DNA of 64,000 nucleotides, from the sequence record PP658200.1, one strand, 5' to 3'. This DNA is from Escherichia phage HY126. Below, one piece after another: positions 45,872-54,565 of the stretch. Both the position numbers and the translations under genes were made by a program. Below the pieces are notes generated by a model. That model was not told where the DNA came from, made no database searches, and saw only the letters and a program-made list of their open reading frames with translations. Positions within the stretch are counted from its first letter, which is position 1. Each line of letters begins with the position of its first letter.

Positions 45872-46074
45872 TATTCTTCTACATGTTGTTTACGACCTTT
45901 CTTATCAATAAAGGTATATTCAACGAATGTTCCAATATAGTCTTTATCTACATCATGTGGACTATTAATTGGGCATTTAGTACGGCAAATGCGTTCCCAT
46001 TGACGAATAATTACTGCCTTATTCTTTGGGTCATACGGATGTGGATAATGTATATTCATAATAATGGTTCCCAA
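45847..46074 (-). CDS. hypothetical protein (75 aa)
   Basis: Minus ORF; start context uncertain (overlap). Confidence 0.45.
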   Translation of the reverse strand: MGTIIMNIHYPHPYDPKNKAVIIRQWERICRTKCPINSPHDVDKDYIGTFVEYTFIDKKGRKQHVEEYCLKVTWL

Positions 46075-46553
46075 TCAACAATCACAATTTCTAGTTTAGT
46101 GGAATACGTATCTAAAATCTCTTCAATGACATCCCAGTTTCCACCACCGATACCTGCACCAATTCTTGGCATATAAATTACAGGCTTTGTTATCTTATTC
46201 TTTCCGAATTCATTTAATTCTATTATACAATTCATTAAAGCAGAGTACTCAAAATTAGGTCCCGGCTCAAACTGTGTATAAAGATTAAAGCAATAAGCTT
46301 TATGGGTCTTAAAATATTTTTCATAAACCGAATAAGTCCCGAGTTTAGACTCGTCTCCGAATTCGGTTTGAAGTTTATCGGCTTCCAGAATTTTTGGATA
46401 AGCCTTTGCTAATTGTCCTGCTACACCGGCGCCCATTGTATGAAAACAATTACACCCATGAGCAATATTATTACCTTTAGAAAACAGGGCGACAATATCG
46501 CCCTTGATATAGTTTTTAATCACTTGCTGCAAGTCCTCTAGTATAAGAGTCAA
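46056..46553 (-). CDS. macro-domain protein (ADP-ribose binding / hydrolase)
   Basis: 165 aa; …IAHGCNCFHTMGAGVAGQLAK… and …IGAGIGGG… resemble macro-domain signatures. Confidence 0.7.
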   Translation of the reverse strand: MTLILEDLQQVIKNYIKGDIVALFSKGNNIAHGCNCFHTMGAGVAGQLAKAYPKILEADKLQTEFGDESKLGTYSVYEKYFKTHKAYCFNLYTQFEPGPNFEYSALMNCIIELNEFGKNKITKPVIYMPRIGAGIGGGNWDVIEEILDTYSTKLEIVIVDWEPLL

Positions 46554-46863
46554 CTAGACGGTCCACCATAGAATTGCATGCTGCCTTATCTTTAGGTTCC
46601 GCCACCGAGCATTCTAATATTTGCCATTTTTTATAGTATCTTTTAATTAAGGTAGACGCCTTGAACCTACTAGACGCCCCATCTTTTTCTCCGTCTTTAT
46701 ACGCATATAACAATTTTTGTGAAAAATCTACTTTACACTCTTGACTTTTACCACAATAATCAGACGCCGTTCTGTTTGTATACTCCGTTACATCAGTATA
46801 TGTAGTATTAGCAAGAGCGCTAAATGAAACCAAGCCAACTATTAAAGCCAACATTTTGGTCAT
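46516..46863 (-). CDS. periplasmic protein with signal peptide (115 aa)
   Basis: Signal peptide MTKMLALIVGLVSFSALA, four Cys; T4 vs position but identity unverified. Confidence 0.55.
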   Translation of the reverse strand: MTKMLALIVGLVSFSALANTTYTDVTEYTNRTASDYCGKSQECKVDFSQKLLYAYKDGEKDGASSRFKASTLIKRYYKKWQILECSVAEPKDKAACNSMVDRLVDSYTRGLAASD

Positions 46864-47402
46864 TCTTTTATTTCCAGTAGTTTATTTGATTTAAGGTAAT
46901 TAGCCTTTTCTAGGACTTCAGAAGCATATTTACTTCCAGCACTTGTCTTCCATCCCGCGTTATATGAGGATATAGCTTTTCTTATATCCCCGTTATGTAT
47001 ATTTAACCAATAAGAAAATTCGATATAAGCCCATCTGGCTGAATTAGACCGCTTAGATAGCATTTTCTTAATTTGGGCATCAGTCATATTATAACCAAGC
47101 TGGTTAATTCTTGCCCTCATTGTTGGTAGATAATTTTGGAACATTCCATACGCATGGTGACCTTTCTTATCTTTAAGATTAATACCGGCAGATGATTCCT
47201 GCCATAGTATTGCGGCCATTATGTATCCAAGTCCTTTCTTATGCATATTTTCATGCGTTTTAAATTTTCCATCCTTAGAAAACTGTTCCCCAAACTGATA
47301 AGCATAATTCAAGTTATCGAGTTGGACATTACTAAAAGTATGCTCGGAGCTATGTGCTGATAATGAAAGAGCAAATAGACCAGCGAGTAGTGCTTTTCTC
47401 AT
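46860..47402 (-). CDS. soluble lytic transglycosylase-like protein (periplasmic)
   Basis: Signal peptide plus SLT motifs: LWQESSAG (catalytic E-S), YGMFQ, SSYNAGW. Confidence 0.7.
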   Translation of the reverse strand: MRKALLAGLFALSLSAHSSEHTFSNVQLDNLNYAYQFGEQFSKDGKFKTHENMHKKGLGYIMAAILWQESSAGINLKDKKGHHAYGMFQNYLPTMRARINQLGYNMTDAQIKKMLSKRSNSARWAYIEFSYWLNIHNGDIRKAISSYNAGWKTSAGSKYASEVLEKANYLKSNKLLEIKE

Positions 47403-47410
47403 GTTTACCT

Positions 47411-47869
47411 CTAGATTTTAATCACTGCTTTAGAAGCTTTTCCTGGTAGTCGTTTACTGTTAATAATAGCCATTCTGCATTGAAGAGTCTTCATTTTGAA
47501 TGCTGGATTTTCGCGACAAACTGTAAGTCCTAACCAAAGATTTCCATCAGTTATTTCTAAACGGCCTGGGCGATATTCGACACCTTCGACAAAATCTTCA
47601 TCAACATCTGGACGTGCTGGCATTGATAAAAATTCTGCAACTTCTTTAACATGATTTTTTACTTTACGAAATAATTCAAAAACGTAATTCTCATCTATTT
47701 CTCTCTGGATGGCACGATCTAAGAGATGTTGAGAATACTTGATATGAAAGCCTGGTAGTCCAAGAGACTTTGCAGCATCTTTTATACTGGCATTTATTTT
47801 GCGGAACTCCGTTTCAAAGATTCGACGGAGTTTATTACGGCGGATAAAAACGTCTGAATTGATAGTCAT
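47411..47869 (-). CDS. regB: endoribonuclease RegB
   Basis: 152 aa; good match to T4 RegB as recalled (MTIN…FIRRNKLRR…KYSQHLLDRAIQREID…RLPGKASKAVIK). Confidence 0.8.
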   Translation of the reverse strand: MTINSDVFIRRNKLRRIFETEFRKINASIKDAAKSLGLPGFHIKYSQHLLDRAIQREIDENYVFELFRKVKNHVKEVAEFLSMPARPDVDEDFVEGVEYRPGRLEITDGNLWLGLTVCRENPAFKMKTLQCRMAIINSKRLPGKASKAVIKI

Positions 47870-47896
47870 TTTGATTTCTCCTCTAGTTGACAGGTC

Positions 47897-47926
47897 TATA
47901 GTAACACAACTAGAGGAGAAGTAAAC
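47897..47926 (-). promoter_or_regulatory. early promoter with SD-sequestering inverted repeat (regB)
   Basis: GTTTAC-TTCTCCTCTAGTTG-…TACTAT…-CAACTAGAGGAGAA-ATCAAAATG; 14-nt halves are perfect complements. Confidence 0.55.
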
Positions 47927-48224
47927 TACTCTTTGAAAGGAATTAACTTTTTAACTGCTTTAGATACTTCGTCACGAACCTGGTGGAAGTTCTTGAGCTG
48001 TTCAAGGCGTTGTTCGTAATACGCAATCTCATCTTCTTCAAGACAATCGTCAGCGTCTTCTTTCAGATATGCCTTGTACTCATTAAAGAGGGCCCATAGG
48101 CGATTCTCAAAGTCATCAAGGCTTTGAATTTTCTTGTGCTTCGGAACAAGGCCAAAAGGATTGCTTTCAGTTATGCGTCGAGATGCTTCATAATGAGTTC
48201 CAAAGCCTGATAGGATTTGAGCCA
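47926..48224 (-). CDS. hypothetical protein (about 99 aa)
   Basis: Start refined to MAQILSGFG with GAGGAAAAA SD. Confidence 0.5.
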
Positions 48225-48480
48225 TTAGTATTTTTCCTCTGGTTGAAATACCGCACGACAAGCCCACATACTAGCTTCCTTTAGGCGTTCTTTAGCACAG
48301 TTCAATTGGGACAAAGCCGTCAGAGCTTCAGGAGTATTTGCTGATAATGCTTCTTCTGCCAGGGCGTCTAGAATAAGTCCTAAACGAACTTCGGCATCTT
48401 TAATAGCGTTCACTTTACCGATTTTATCATCGGTATGCGGCTTGTAGCCTTTGATGTCTTCAATCGACATAAGGAATTTC
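48225..48480 (-). CDS. hypothetical protein (about 85 aa)
   Basis: Start refined to [10 protein letters not shown] with GAGGAAA SD; overlaps upstream ORF by about 20 nt. Confidence 0.4.
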
Positions 48481-48684
48481 CTCATCTGTGGCAAGGTCAT
48501 ATTCGACCAATTGGATAGGCTCATTAATACCATATCCACGTACAGTGATATCAGTTGCCGGATAGTTTCCAGTAATATCACCCGTTCTAAATGCTTCAAT
48601 GAATGATTGCTCGCCTGAGCAACTAAACCAGGCGGCAAAACATTTTAAAACATCTTCAGACCCTTCTATAATCAATTTAGCCAT
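48460..48684 (-). CDS. hypothetical acidic protein (74 aa)
   Basis: Minus ORF starting at the stop of the GrcA-like gene. Confidence 0.4.
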   Translation of the reverse strand: MAKLIIEGSEDVLKCFAAWFSCSGEQSFIEAFRTGDITGNYPATDITVRGYGINEPIQLVEYDLATDEEIPYVD

Positions 48685-49046
48685 TATAGACTCTCAGTAA
48701 AGGTACGAGCGATAACGTCACGCTGCTGTTCCGGAGTCAGAGAGTTAAAGCGAACTGCATAACCGGATACACGGATGGTCAACTGCGGATATTTTTCTGG
48801 ATGCTTAACTGCATCTTCCAGAGTTTCACGACGCAGAACATTAACGTTCAGGTGTTGACCACCTTCAATTTTAACTTTAGGTTGATGTTCAATTTCAATT
48901 TCACGGGCATTCAAACCGTAGAAAATTTCCGGGTCTACAATAGCGTCTTCTTTAAAAGTCTTAGAGACAATAATCCGGGCTTGAGTACCGTCTTCAAAAT
49001 AAATAGTGCCTTTGTGTGTGCCTTCAAGAATTTGATATGCTTTCAT
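48684..49046 (-). CDS. autonomous glycyl-radical cofactor GrcA/YfiD-like protein
   Basis: 120 aa; C-terminal about 60 aa (…[60 protein letters not shown]) appears identical to E. coli GrcA as I recall it, including glycyl-radical motif RVSGY; N-terminus differs. Confidence 0.85.
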   Translation of the reverse strand: MKAYQILEGTHKGTIYFEDGTQARIIVSKTFKEDAIVDPEIFYGLNAREIEIEHQPKVKIEGGQHLNVNVLRRETLEDAVKHPEKYPQLTIRVSGYAVRFNSLTPEQQRDVIARTFTESL

Positions 49047-49052
49047 ATAACC

Positions 49053-49361
49053 TCAATTAGAAAATAAATTTATCCAAGTTTTTTCTTTAATCAAAAATGG
49101 GACGGAATTAAACGCCATTAAACTTTGAGTGATTAATCCCTTAAATGGCCCATCAATAAATTCCATTTTGAAATGTGGAATACTAGTCATCAGTCGTGCA
49201 TTAGGAGCAGTACAAAGAACCTGCTGCCCTGCGAACGGACCTTTAGTTAAACGATATCGTTTAGGTTTAAAATGGTAAATCTCGTAATTTTCTACAAGCG
49301 CCCTTTTATTGCATACTGGACTGTTATAACAATATTCAAAAACTTCAATAGTGGTCATCAT
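49053..49361 (-). CDS. hypothetical protein (102 aa)
   Basis: Minus ORF. Confidence 0.5.
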   Translation of the reverse strand: MMTTIEVFEYCYNSPVCNKRALVENYEIYHFKPKRYRLTKGPFAGQQVLCTAPNARLMTSIPHFKMEFIDGPFKGLITQSLMAFNSVPFLIKEKTWINLFSN

Positions 49362-49897
49362 TGCATTCCAATCACAAAAAATTGAGGACGAGCATTACCG
49401 CCGATGCAATATTTGCTTTTACAGCAGTACTGTACTGTTTTAATATGGACATTGTAAATCTTATCCATATCAGGAGCTTTAATAGGCTCGTCAATTATAT
49501 ACAGAATACGAGAAAGCGTTAATCCACGGAATTTAGAACCTTCATTGCCAATAAAACTACGAACAGAATCAGTAAATAAACGGAATCGAATATCGTCGCT
49601 AGAATAACGAGAAAATTCTTTTTCAATGTTGCCAGCAGAAATTTTAGCATAAGCTGAAGTATTAGAAAGAACAATAACCGTTCCACCATCATACAGCCAA
49701 TTAGCAGCAAAGTTAGTCACAGCAATTGATTTACCTGATTGTCGGCCGCCGTCTAAACGAAGTGTACAGTACTGCTTGAGTACGTCTTCAAATGGTGGGA
49801 CATATCCGTTCTTACAAATTTCTTCTACTCTAGCATCAGAATGGTGTGTAAAAGCATTCATCAGGGATAGATAAGGTCCAGTTAAAAATGTTCTCAT
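49358..49897 (-). CDS. hypothetical protein (about 179 aa)
   Basis: Start refined to MRTFLTG with AAGAGAAATAAT SD. Confidence 0.55.
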   Translation of the reverse strand: MRTFLTGPYLSLMNAFTHHSDARVEEICKNGYVPPFEDVLKQYCTLRLDGGRQSGKSIAVTNFAANWLYDGGTVIVLSNTSAYAKISAGNIEKEFSRYSSDDIRFRLFTDSVRSFIGNEGSKFRGLTLSRILYIIDEPIKAPDMDKIYNVHIKTVQYCCKSKYCIGGNARPQFFVIGMQ

Positions 49898-50069
49898 ATT
49901 ATTTCTCTTAAGGTTTGGGCCATTCCGTGGCACATGTTAGGTCCTTCGACTCGCTATGTAAACCCATTACCGCATTGCGCTCGACCTTATTACAGGTTGG
50001 AAAAGGTACATCACTCAGAGGACTCGACGTTCATGAGGAGAGGTTGCGTTTCCCTTTATTAGGCAAGAA

Positions 50070-50399
50070 TTATACTCTAGGCTTTTGAGCTTGTTTGGTA
50101 TTGGATTCCCATGCAGCTTTGGTAATTTTGTTAGCGGCATAACCAAAGGCATTAGATAGAACACCTTTAGAGTTGAATACATCCAATCCAATAAGTACAC
50201 CGGCTGCGTTAAATTTAGGAGCAAAGTATGCATTAGTTTTAGAAAGAGCTTTTTTCAATTCAGGGTCTTGAACCAAACCATCAAAAACGCCTTTACTATT
50301 TACTTTATATGTTACTTTGGGATTTTTACCTTCTTCGATAGCAGCTTTCTGTTCCGCAGATAATGTAACTTCAGTGATAAACTCTTGATACGTTTTCAT
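50070..50399 (-). CDS. internal head protein (IPII/IPIII-like)
   Basis: N-terminal capsid-targeting-sequence-like MKTYQEFITE as in T4 internal proteins. Confidence 0.7.
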   Translation of the reverse strand: MKTYQEFITEVTLSAEQKAAIEEGKNPKVTYKVNSKGVFDGLVQDPELKKALSKTNAYFAPKFNAAGVLIGLDVFNSKGVLSNAFGYAANKITKAAWESNTKQAQKPRV

Positions 50400-50424
50400 T
50401 TTGTTCCTATTGTTTTAATTTATG

Positions 50425-50739
50425 TTATTCTTTAGGGAAGTTTTTAGAGTATGCATCATAAAGTTTATTACCGATGCGACGGAAGACTTTAGCTGCAAAA
50501 CGGTTTTCAGGGTTTTTAATCATGATTTGCATCATGTAAGTTCCTGCATCCGAAAGAGCTTCTTCATAGTACCCATTAATTTCTTTAAGAGTCCTACGTT
50601 TACCACCAGGACCATCAACAGTAATTTTCCATTTACCTGTAGAAGTGCGGCTAGGTGGCTCAACTTGTTCAATCCAAATATAACCACCTTCAACGCGTTG
50701 GTTGGCGGATTCTGCAATAAATTCTTTATACGTTTTCAT
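50425..50739 (-). CDS. internal head protein (IP-like)
   Basis: N-terminal MKTYKEFIAE capsid targeting sequence. Confidence 0.7.
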   Translation of the reverse strand: MKTYKEFIAESANQRVEGGYIWIEQVEPPSRTSTGKWKITVDGPGGKRRTLKEINGYYEEALSDAGTYMMQIMIKNPENRFAAKVFRRIGNKLYDAYSKNFPKE

Positions 50740-50802
50740 TTTTGTTTCCTTGGTTGTTTTGATAGAGTAATTATACCATATTAATACTTAAGCGTAAACA
50801 AT

Positions 50803-51063
50803 TTAAGCTTTACCGCCAGAAATAATTCCGAAGTTGTTAAAATCGTATCCAATATCGTCAACATCTACTTTAGGGCTTGCTACAACATAAGCAATTTCAC
50901 TACGTTTTGCATAGGTGTTGATTTCTTTACCATCGCCACCTAAGAAAAAATACCCATTACGTTTTAATGAGCCAAAGTCTTCCGCATCACCAATGAAAGC
51001 TTTAACTTTAAATTTAGGACCTTTGGCATCTGCTTCAGCGATAAATTCTTGATACATTTTCAT
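50803..51063 (-). CDS. internal head protein (IP-like)
   Basis: N-terminal MKMYQEFIAE capsid targeting sequence. Confidence 0.7.
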   Translation of the reverse strand: MKMYQEFIAEADAKGPKFKVKAFIGDAEDFGSLKRNGYFFLGGDGKEINTYAKRSEIAYVVASPKVDVDDIGYDFNNFGIISGGKA

Positions 51064-51069
51064 TTTTCC

Positions 51070-51483
51070 TTAGTAAATTGATTTACCATAGTATTTGTAC
51101 CAAGTAGGGCGTTGAGCAATTTTTTCATCTAAGCGAGCTTGACTTATCGCAATGGACGCTTCGGACGGGACATAATTATTACGAAATTCGGCAGGGATGT
51201 CGGAAATATCCTGGACAGTCGTGTCCTTGATTTTGAAACCACGTTTCAAGCATTCGGCGATTAGCTCGATTTGACGTAAACGTAAAAATTCGAGTTTGTC
51301 GTAAAAGAATGTTACGTGACCTGTGCCTAAGATAAATGTTGGAGAGATTTTAAAATCCTTTACACGTTTACCGTTTTGAACATGTTTACGGACTGCACCA
51401 AATACGCGTGGTAATTCACGATACTCAGCCATAAGATGTTGGTCAGTCAGTTCAGAAACAAGTGTTAAATTGATACGAGTCAT
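51070..51483 (-). CDS. denV: endonuclease V (pyrimidine-dimer DNA glycosylase) DenV
   Basis: Near-identical to T4 DenV as recalled ([34 protein letters not shown]…); start refined to MTRINL. Confidence 0.95.
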   Translation of the reverse strand: MTRINLTLVSELTDQHLMAEYRELPRVFGAVRKHVQNGKRVKDFKISPTFILGTGHVTFFYDKLEFLRLRQIELIAECLKRGFKIKDTTVQDISDIPAEFRNNYVPSEASIAISQARLDEKIAQRPTWYKYYGKSIY

Positions 51484-51510
51484 AATTTCCTCCAAGTAGT
51501 TGATGAATGT

Positions 51511-51540
51511 ATAGTATCAAAACCCTTGGAGGAAGTAAAC
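51511..51540 (-). promoter_or_regulatory. early promoter with SD-sequestering inverted repeat (denV)
   Basis: GTTTAC-TTCCTCCAAG-…TACTAT…-CTTGGAGGAA-ATTATG; 10-nt halves complementary, downstream half contains SD GGAGGAA. Confidence 0.55.
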
Positions 51541-51541
51541 A

Positions 51542-51823
51542 CTATTTTTCTGAAGCGCCTGAAATATATTTTTCAAGACGTTGTTTCATCAGCGAGCCGT
51601 TCTTAGCGATTTCTTCCGGTTTATCGCACATACGTAACAAGGCTTCAAGCTTAGCGATATCGCTGGTACGTTCAAATTTGCGAGTATCTATCTTACTAGC
51701 AAGTTCAGAAATACGTGCTAGTAGACTTTCGGCTTCAACCAAAGCTGCACCTAGCTTAGTTGCAAATGTGTCAGTAGCTTCGTTAAGAATAGATTCTGAT
51801 AAAAATTCACTATAGGTTTTCAT
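51542..51823 (-). CDS. internal head protein (IP-like)
   Basis: Start refined to [10 protein letters not shown] (CTS-like); ATGA-coupled to lysozyme gene. Confidence 0.6.
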   Translation of the reverse strand: MKTYSEFLSESILNEATDTFATKLGAALVEAESLLARISELASKIDTRKFERTSDIAKLEALLRMCDKPEEIAKNGSLMKQRLEKYISGASEK

Positions 51824-52308
51824 ATATACGCTTTCCAAGTTCCTGTTTTAAATGTTGAGATTACACGTTTCGCGCGATTAGGTGTCTGACGATACCATTT
51901 AGATTGGGCTAGATTTACTGCCGCTTCATCCCAACGTTTCTGTTGAAGCATACGAAGAGAATTAGTAAAACCAGCGACGCCTGCTACACCCATTTGGAAG
52001 ACCATATTGACCAATGCACAACGACGAACCGCATCTAAAGAATCATATACAGGTTTAAGTTTAGCATTACCTAAGATTCCGCGAACGGCTTTATCAACGT
52101 CTTCATTAAATAGCTTTTCAGCCTCATCAAGGGTAATTGTACCGTTGCATTTACGACCGATCATTCTGTCAAGTTCAGCTTTAGCTACGGCTAAAGACGG
52201 GTTCTTTGTTACTAAATGGCCTATGCCAATCGTCCAAAAGCCTTCAGTGTCTTTGTATAAAGTCAGTCTAAGACCTTCGTCATTACGAAGCATTTCAAAT
52301 ATATTCAT
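51820..52308 (-). CDS. e: lysozyme (endolysin) e
   Basis: Near-identical to T4 lysozyme as recalled ([27 protein letters not shown]…); start refined to MNIFEML. Confidence 0.95.
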   Translation of the reverse strand: MNIFEMLRNDEGLRLTLYKDTEGFWTIGIGHLVTKNPSLAVAKAELDRMIGRKCNGTITLDEAEKLFNEDVDKAVRGILGNAKLKPVYDSLDAVRRCALVNMVFQMGVAGVAGFTNSLRMLQQKRWDEAAVNLAQSKWYRQTPNRAKRVISTFKTGTWKAYI

Positions 52309-52310
52309 AA

Positions 52311-52334
52311 TACCTCCCACGTTTATAGGAGGTA
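52311..52334 (-). promoter_or_regulatory. RBS-sequestering hairpin of gene e
   Basis: Minus strand UACCUCC-(10 nt loop UAUAAACGUG)-GGAGGUA; 3' half is the e SD; loop has late-promoter-like TATAAAC. Confidence 0.5.
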
Positions 52335-52342
52335 TTTATTAC

Positions 52343-52801
52343 TTATAGGAGTGTAGTGAGCACCTTATATAATGATTTGCCCATTACATATTCCCATTGA
52401 GAAGGTTTAATTAAAGCGAATGCATCAAATTCAGGAATCTGTCGTCCGTCTGGGAATGTATGATATGAATTACAAACACTGTTTCTGAATTGCTCGTGCT
52501 CTACAGGGATGGTATATAGGAACAGATGAATATTCTTATTGTCTGAGTAATGATGTTCGCCTAGGTCTTTCAGGAAGGCAGGGTCATATTGTGTAAACCC
52601 AGTTTCTTCTTCGCATTCACGAATAGCGGCTTCAATAGGAGATTCACCAGGCTCGACACGTCCTTTAGGAATATCCCAGCGATGAGCTAATGCACCTTTA
52701 GGACGAGAACCAGTTACACGCCCCATGAATAATTCTTTATCTTCGGTAAGGAAAATAATACCAGCTGATAATTCTTTCACTTTATTTTTCTTACTCATCA
52801 T
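52343..52801 (-). CDS. nudE: Nudix hydrolase NudE
   Basis: Nudix box …GRVEPGESPIEAAIRECEEETG…; position next to e as T4 e.1. Confidence 0.8.
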   Translation of the reverse strand: MMSKKNKVKELSAGIIFLTEDKELFMGRVTGSRPKGALAHRWDIPKGRVEPGESPIEAAIRECEEETGFTQYDPAFLKDLGEHHYSDNKNIHLFLYTIPVEHEQFRNSVCNSYHTFPDGRQIPEFDAFALIKPSQWEYVMGKSLYKVLTTLL

Positions 52802-53042
52802 CTCGGTCCCATGATTTGGCCATTAATTCGGACATAAATTCTTCAATGCGCGTTTCTTTAGATGGACTTTCACTATTAGAGACCGCAAGTTTGTAATCTG
52901 CAATAGGACAGAACATATCAAGGTCCATATTAAGGTCGTCTTTGATTTTTTCTTCTGACACATCTTTATCGTATGTGTACAGATAACTATCACATGATTC
53001 TGATTTAATGTAAATTGCTATACTCATCTCAAATTCCTGCAT
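52791..53042 (-). CDS. hypothetical acidic protein (83 aa)
   Basis: Minus ORF. Confidence 0.5.
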   Translation of the reverse strand: MQEFEMSIAIYIKSESCDSYLYTYDKDVSEEKIKDDLNMDLDMFCPIADYKLAVSNSESPSKETRIEEFMSELMAKSWDRDDE

Positions 53043-53515
53043 TCGGTAATAAAACGTTCAACTTCATTATTCTTGGCTTTTATCTTGTCTTTATGTTCTT
53101 GTAAACTACTTTTAATAAGATTAATAATGATGCCTACAGTACCTCCACCAATTATACCGCCAATTATACTTACGATAGTAGATGCTAATAAGATAGCAAT
53201 AATATCAACAAAACCGAAAGAACTCACCTTAGTACTAAAAAACCACACTGATGGTACAAATATAATCCATCCTGTTATCCATTGACACTTATTGAAAAAC
53301 TTTTCAAGCTCAGCTTGAGTTGTTCGTATTACTTCATCGATAGGTTGATAACCATTAATATGTCTGTTCACGATAATACCTGCTGGCTGGTCGATTTTAA
53401 ATTCTTGGCAAATACGTTTCACTAAGTAGGATGGACATCCTGTCCAATCCACTGAATAGTACGAAATACCTTCATTGCCGTCGTCAATATTAGACCAATA
53501 TGTTTTGTTAATCAT
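53024..53515 (-). CDS. membrane protein with Gly-zipper segment (163 aa)
   Basis: Hydrophobic/Gly-rich helix (…IVSIIGGIIGGGTVGIIINLI…). Confidence 0.5.
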   Translation of the reverse strand: MINKTYWSNIDDGNEGISYYSVDWTGCPSYLVKRICQEFKIDQPAGIIVNRHINGYQPIDEVIRTTQAELEKFFNKCQWITGWIIFVPSVWFFSTKVSSFGFVDIIAILLASTIVSIIGGIIGGGTVGIIINLIKSSLQEHKDKIKAKNNEVERFITECRNLR

Positions 53516-54201
53516 TACCAGCCTTCCATAGGGAATTCCAGATAAACTTGAGCGTTGACACGAATTTCGTTGGTAATCTTTTTAACTCGGTCTGTATTAC
53601 GAGATACACGTCCGAACCAACGCCATCCATTACTAATTGCACGAGAACCAGTGTGCCATGTTTGCCAATCAAACTGAAGAAGAGTACGGTCTGGAGCTTC
53701 CCATTTCTCTAGTTCGCCTTTTTCGATTTTTTCGAGGACTTCTTTGTGCCACTGGCGATAGATAAGTTCGCCATCAGGAATCTGACTGAACTCTGCAGTT
53801 CCTGTTGCAAAATGAGTAGGACACACATCAGCGTTAACAAGACCAAGAATATGTTCAGAATGGTAACGAGGGTTGTCATAATCAGGTTGTCCTGCAGTAA
53901 TAAAGTGTTGACCAACCGGAATATCCGGGCGTGGTACATCATCATGGTGATAACCTGGGATAGCAGGGTACCAACCAGGCATCAGCATGTGGACTCGTGA
54001 ATCAAATACAACCTGGTCGGTGTTCCAATCATCAGGCAAGTTCATGATGAAGCTGCGAGTAATAGGACCACCGTTATTATAAGCAAATTCTAAACTACAG
54101 TTGAAGAACATAGGCTCGTTTTTAATCTGGTCATTTTTAATCGCATGAGCAAAACCACCTACTGCACGAGCTTGACTATTAAACACTTTAGAACTATTCA
54201 T
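53515..54201 (-). CDS. hypothetical protein (about 228 aa)
   Basis: Start refined to MNSSKVF with GAGGAAAATAAT SD. Confidence 0.55.
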   Translation of the reverse strand: MNSSKVFNSQARAVGGFAHAIKNDQIKNEPMFFNCSLEFAYNNGGPITRSFIMNLPDDWNTDQVVFDSRVHMLMPGWYPAIPGYHHDDVPRPDIPVGQHFITAGQPDYDNPRYHSEHILGLVNADVCPTHFATGTAEFSQIPDGELIYRQWHKEVLEKIEKGELEKWEAPDRTLLQFDWQTWHTGSRAISNGWRWFGRVSRNTDRVKKITNEIRVNAQVYLEFPMEGW

Positions 54202-54202
54202 A

Positions 54203-54508
54203 TTATTTTCCTCGACATTCTTTAACAAAATTTTCTAAATCTGTTGATTCAATAGCTTTTTTACGAGCTTCAGCGTGTTCTTCTTCAGTTAATCTACGTT
54301 TAAACTTGACCCAAACATTATGGTCGAAACCTGTTGTCGCGTATAATAACAGAGCACCAACGAATAACAAAAACGGTGATAAAAATACACAACCAGGAAC
54401 ACCGTCCATGCCATAGGCCTTTTGTAATACTGCAACAGAAAGCACAGCATAAAAAGGTGATGTAAGTATCGTTAAAAGGCCAATTCGGTTGGTTTCGGAT
54501 AATTTCAT
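54203..54508 (-). CDS. membrane protein (about 101 aa)
   Basis: Start refined to MKLSETNRIG with GAGGAGAA SD; hydrophobic helices. Confidence 0.5.
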   Translation of the reverse strand: MKLSETNRIGLLTILTSPFYAVLSVAVLQKAYGMDGVPGCVFLSPFLLFVGALLLYATTGFDHNVWVKFKRRLTEEEHAEARKKAIESTDLENFVKECRGK

Positions 54509-54565
54509 AATATTCTCCTCATGTTTAATAGGACTACTATAACATAGTCCTATCAGTTTGTACAC

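Noticed and set aside
50015-50233. 72-aa minus-strand ORF spanning the GC-rich island
   Set aside because: Overlaps the 3' end of the internal-protein gene in another frame and has no SD; the island is better treated as non-coding.
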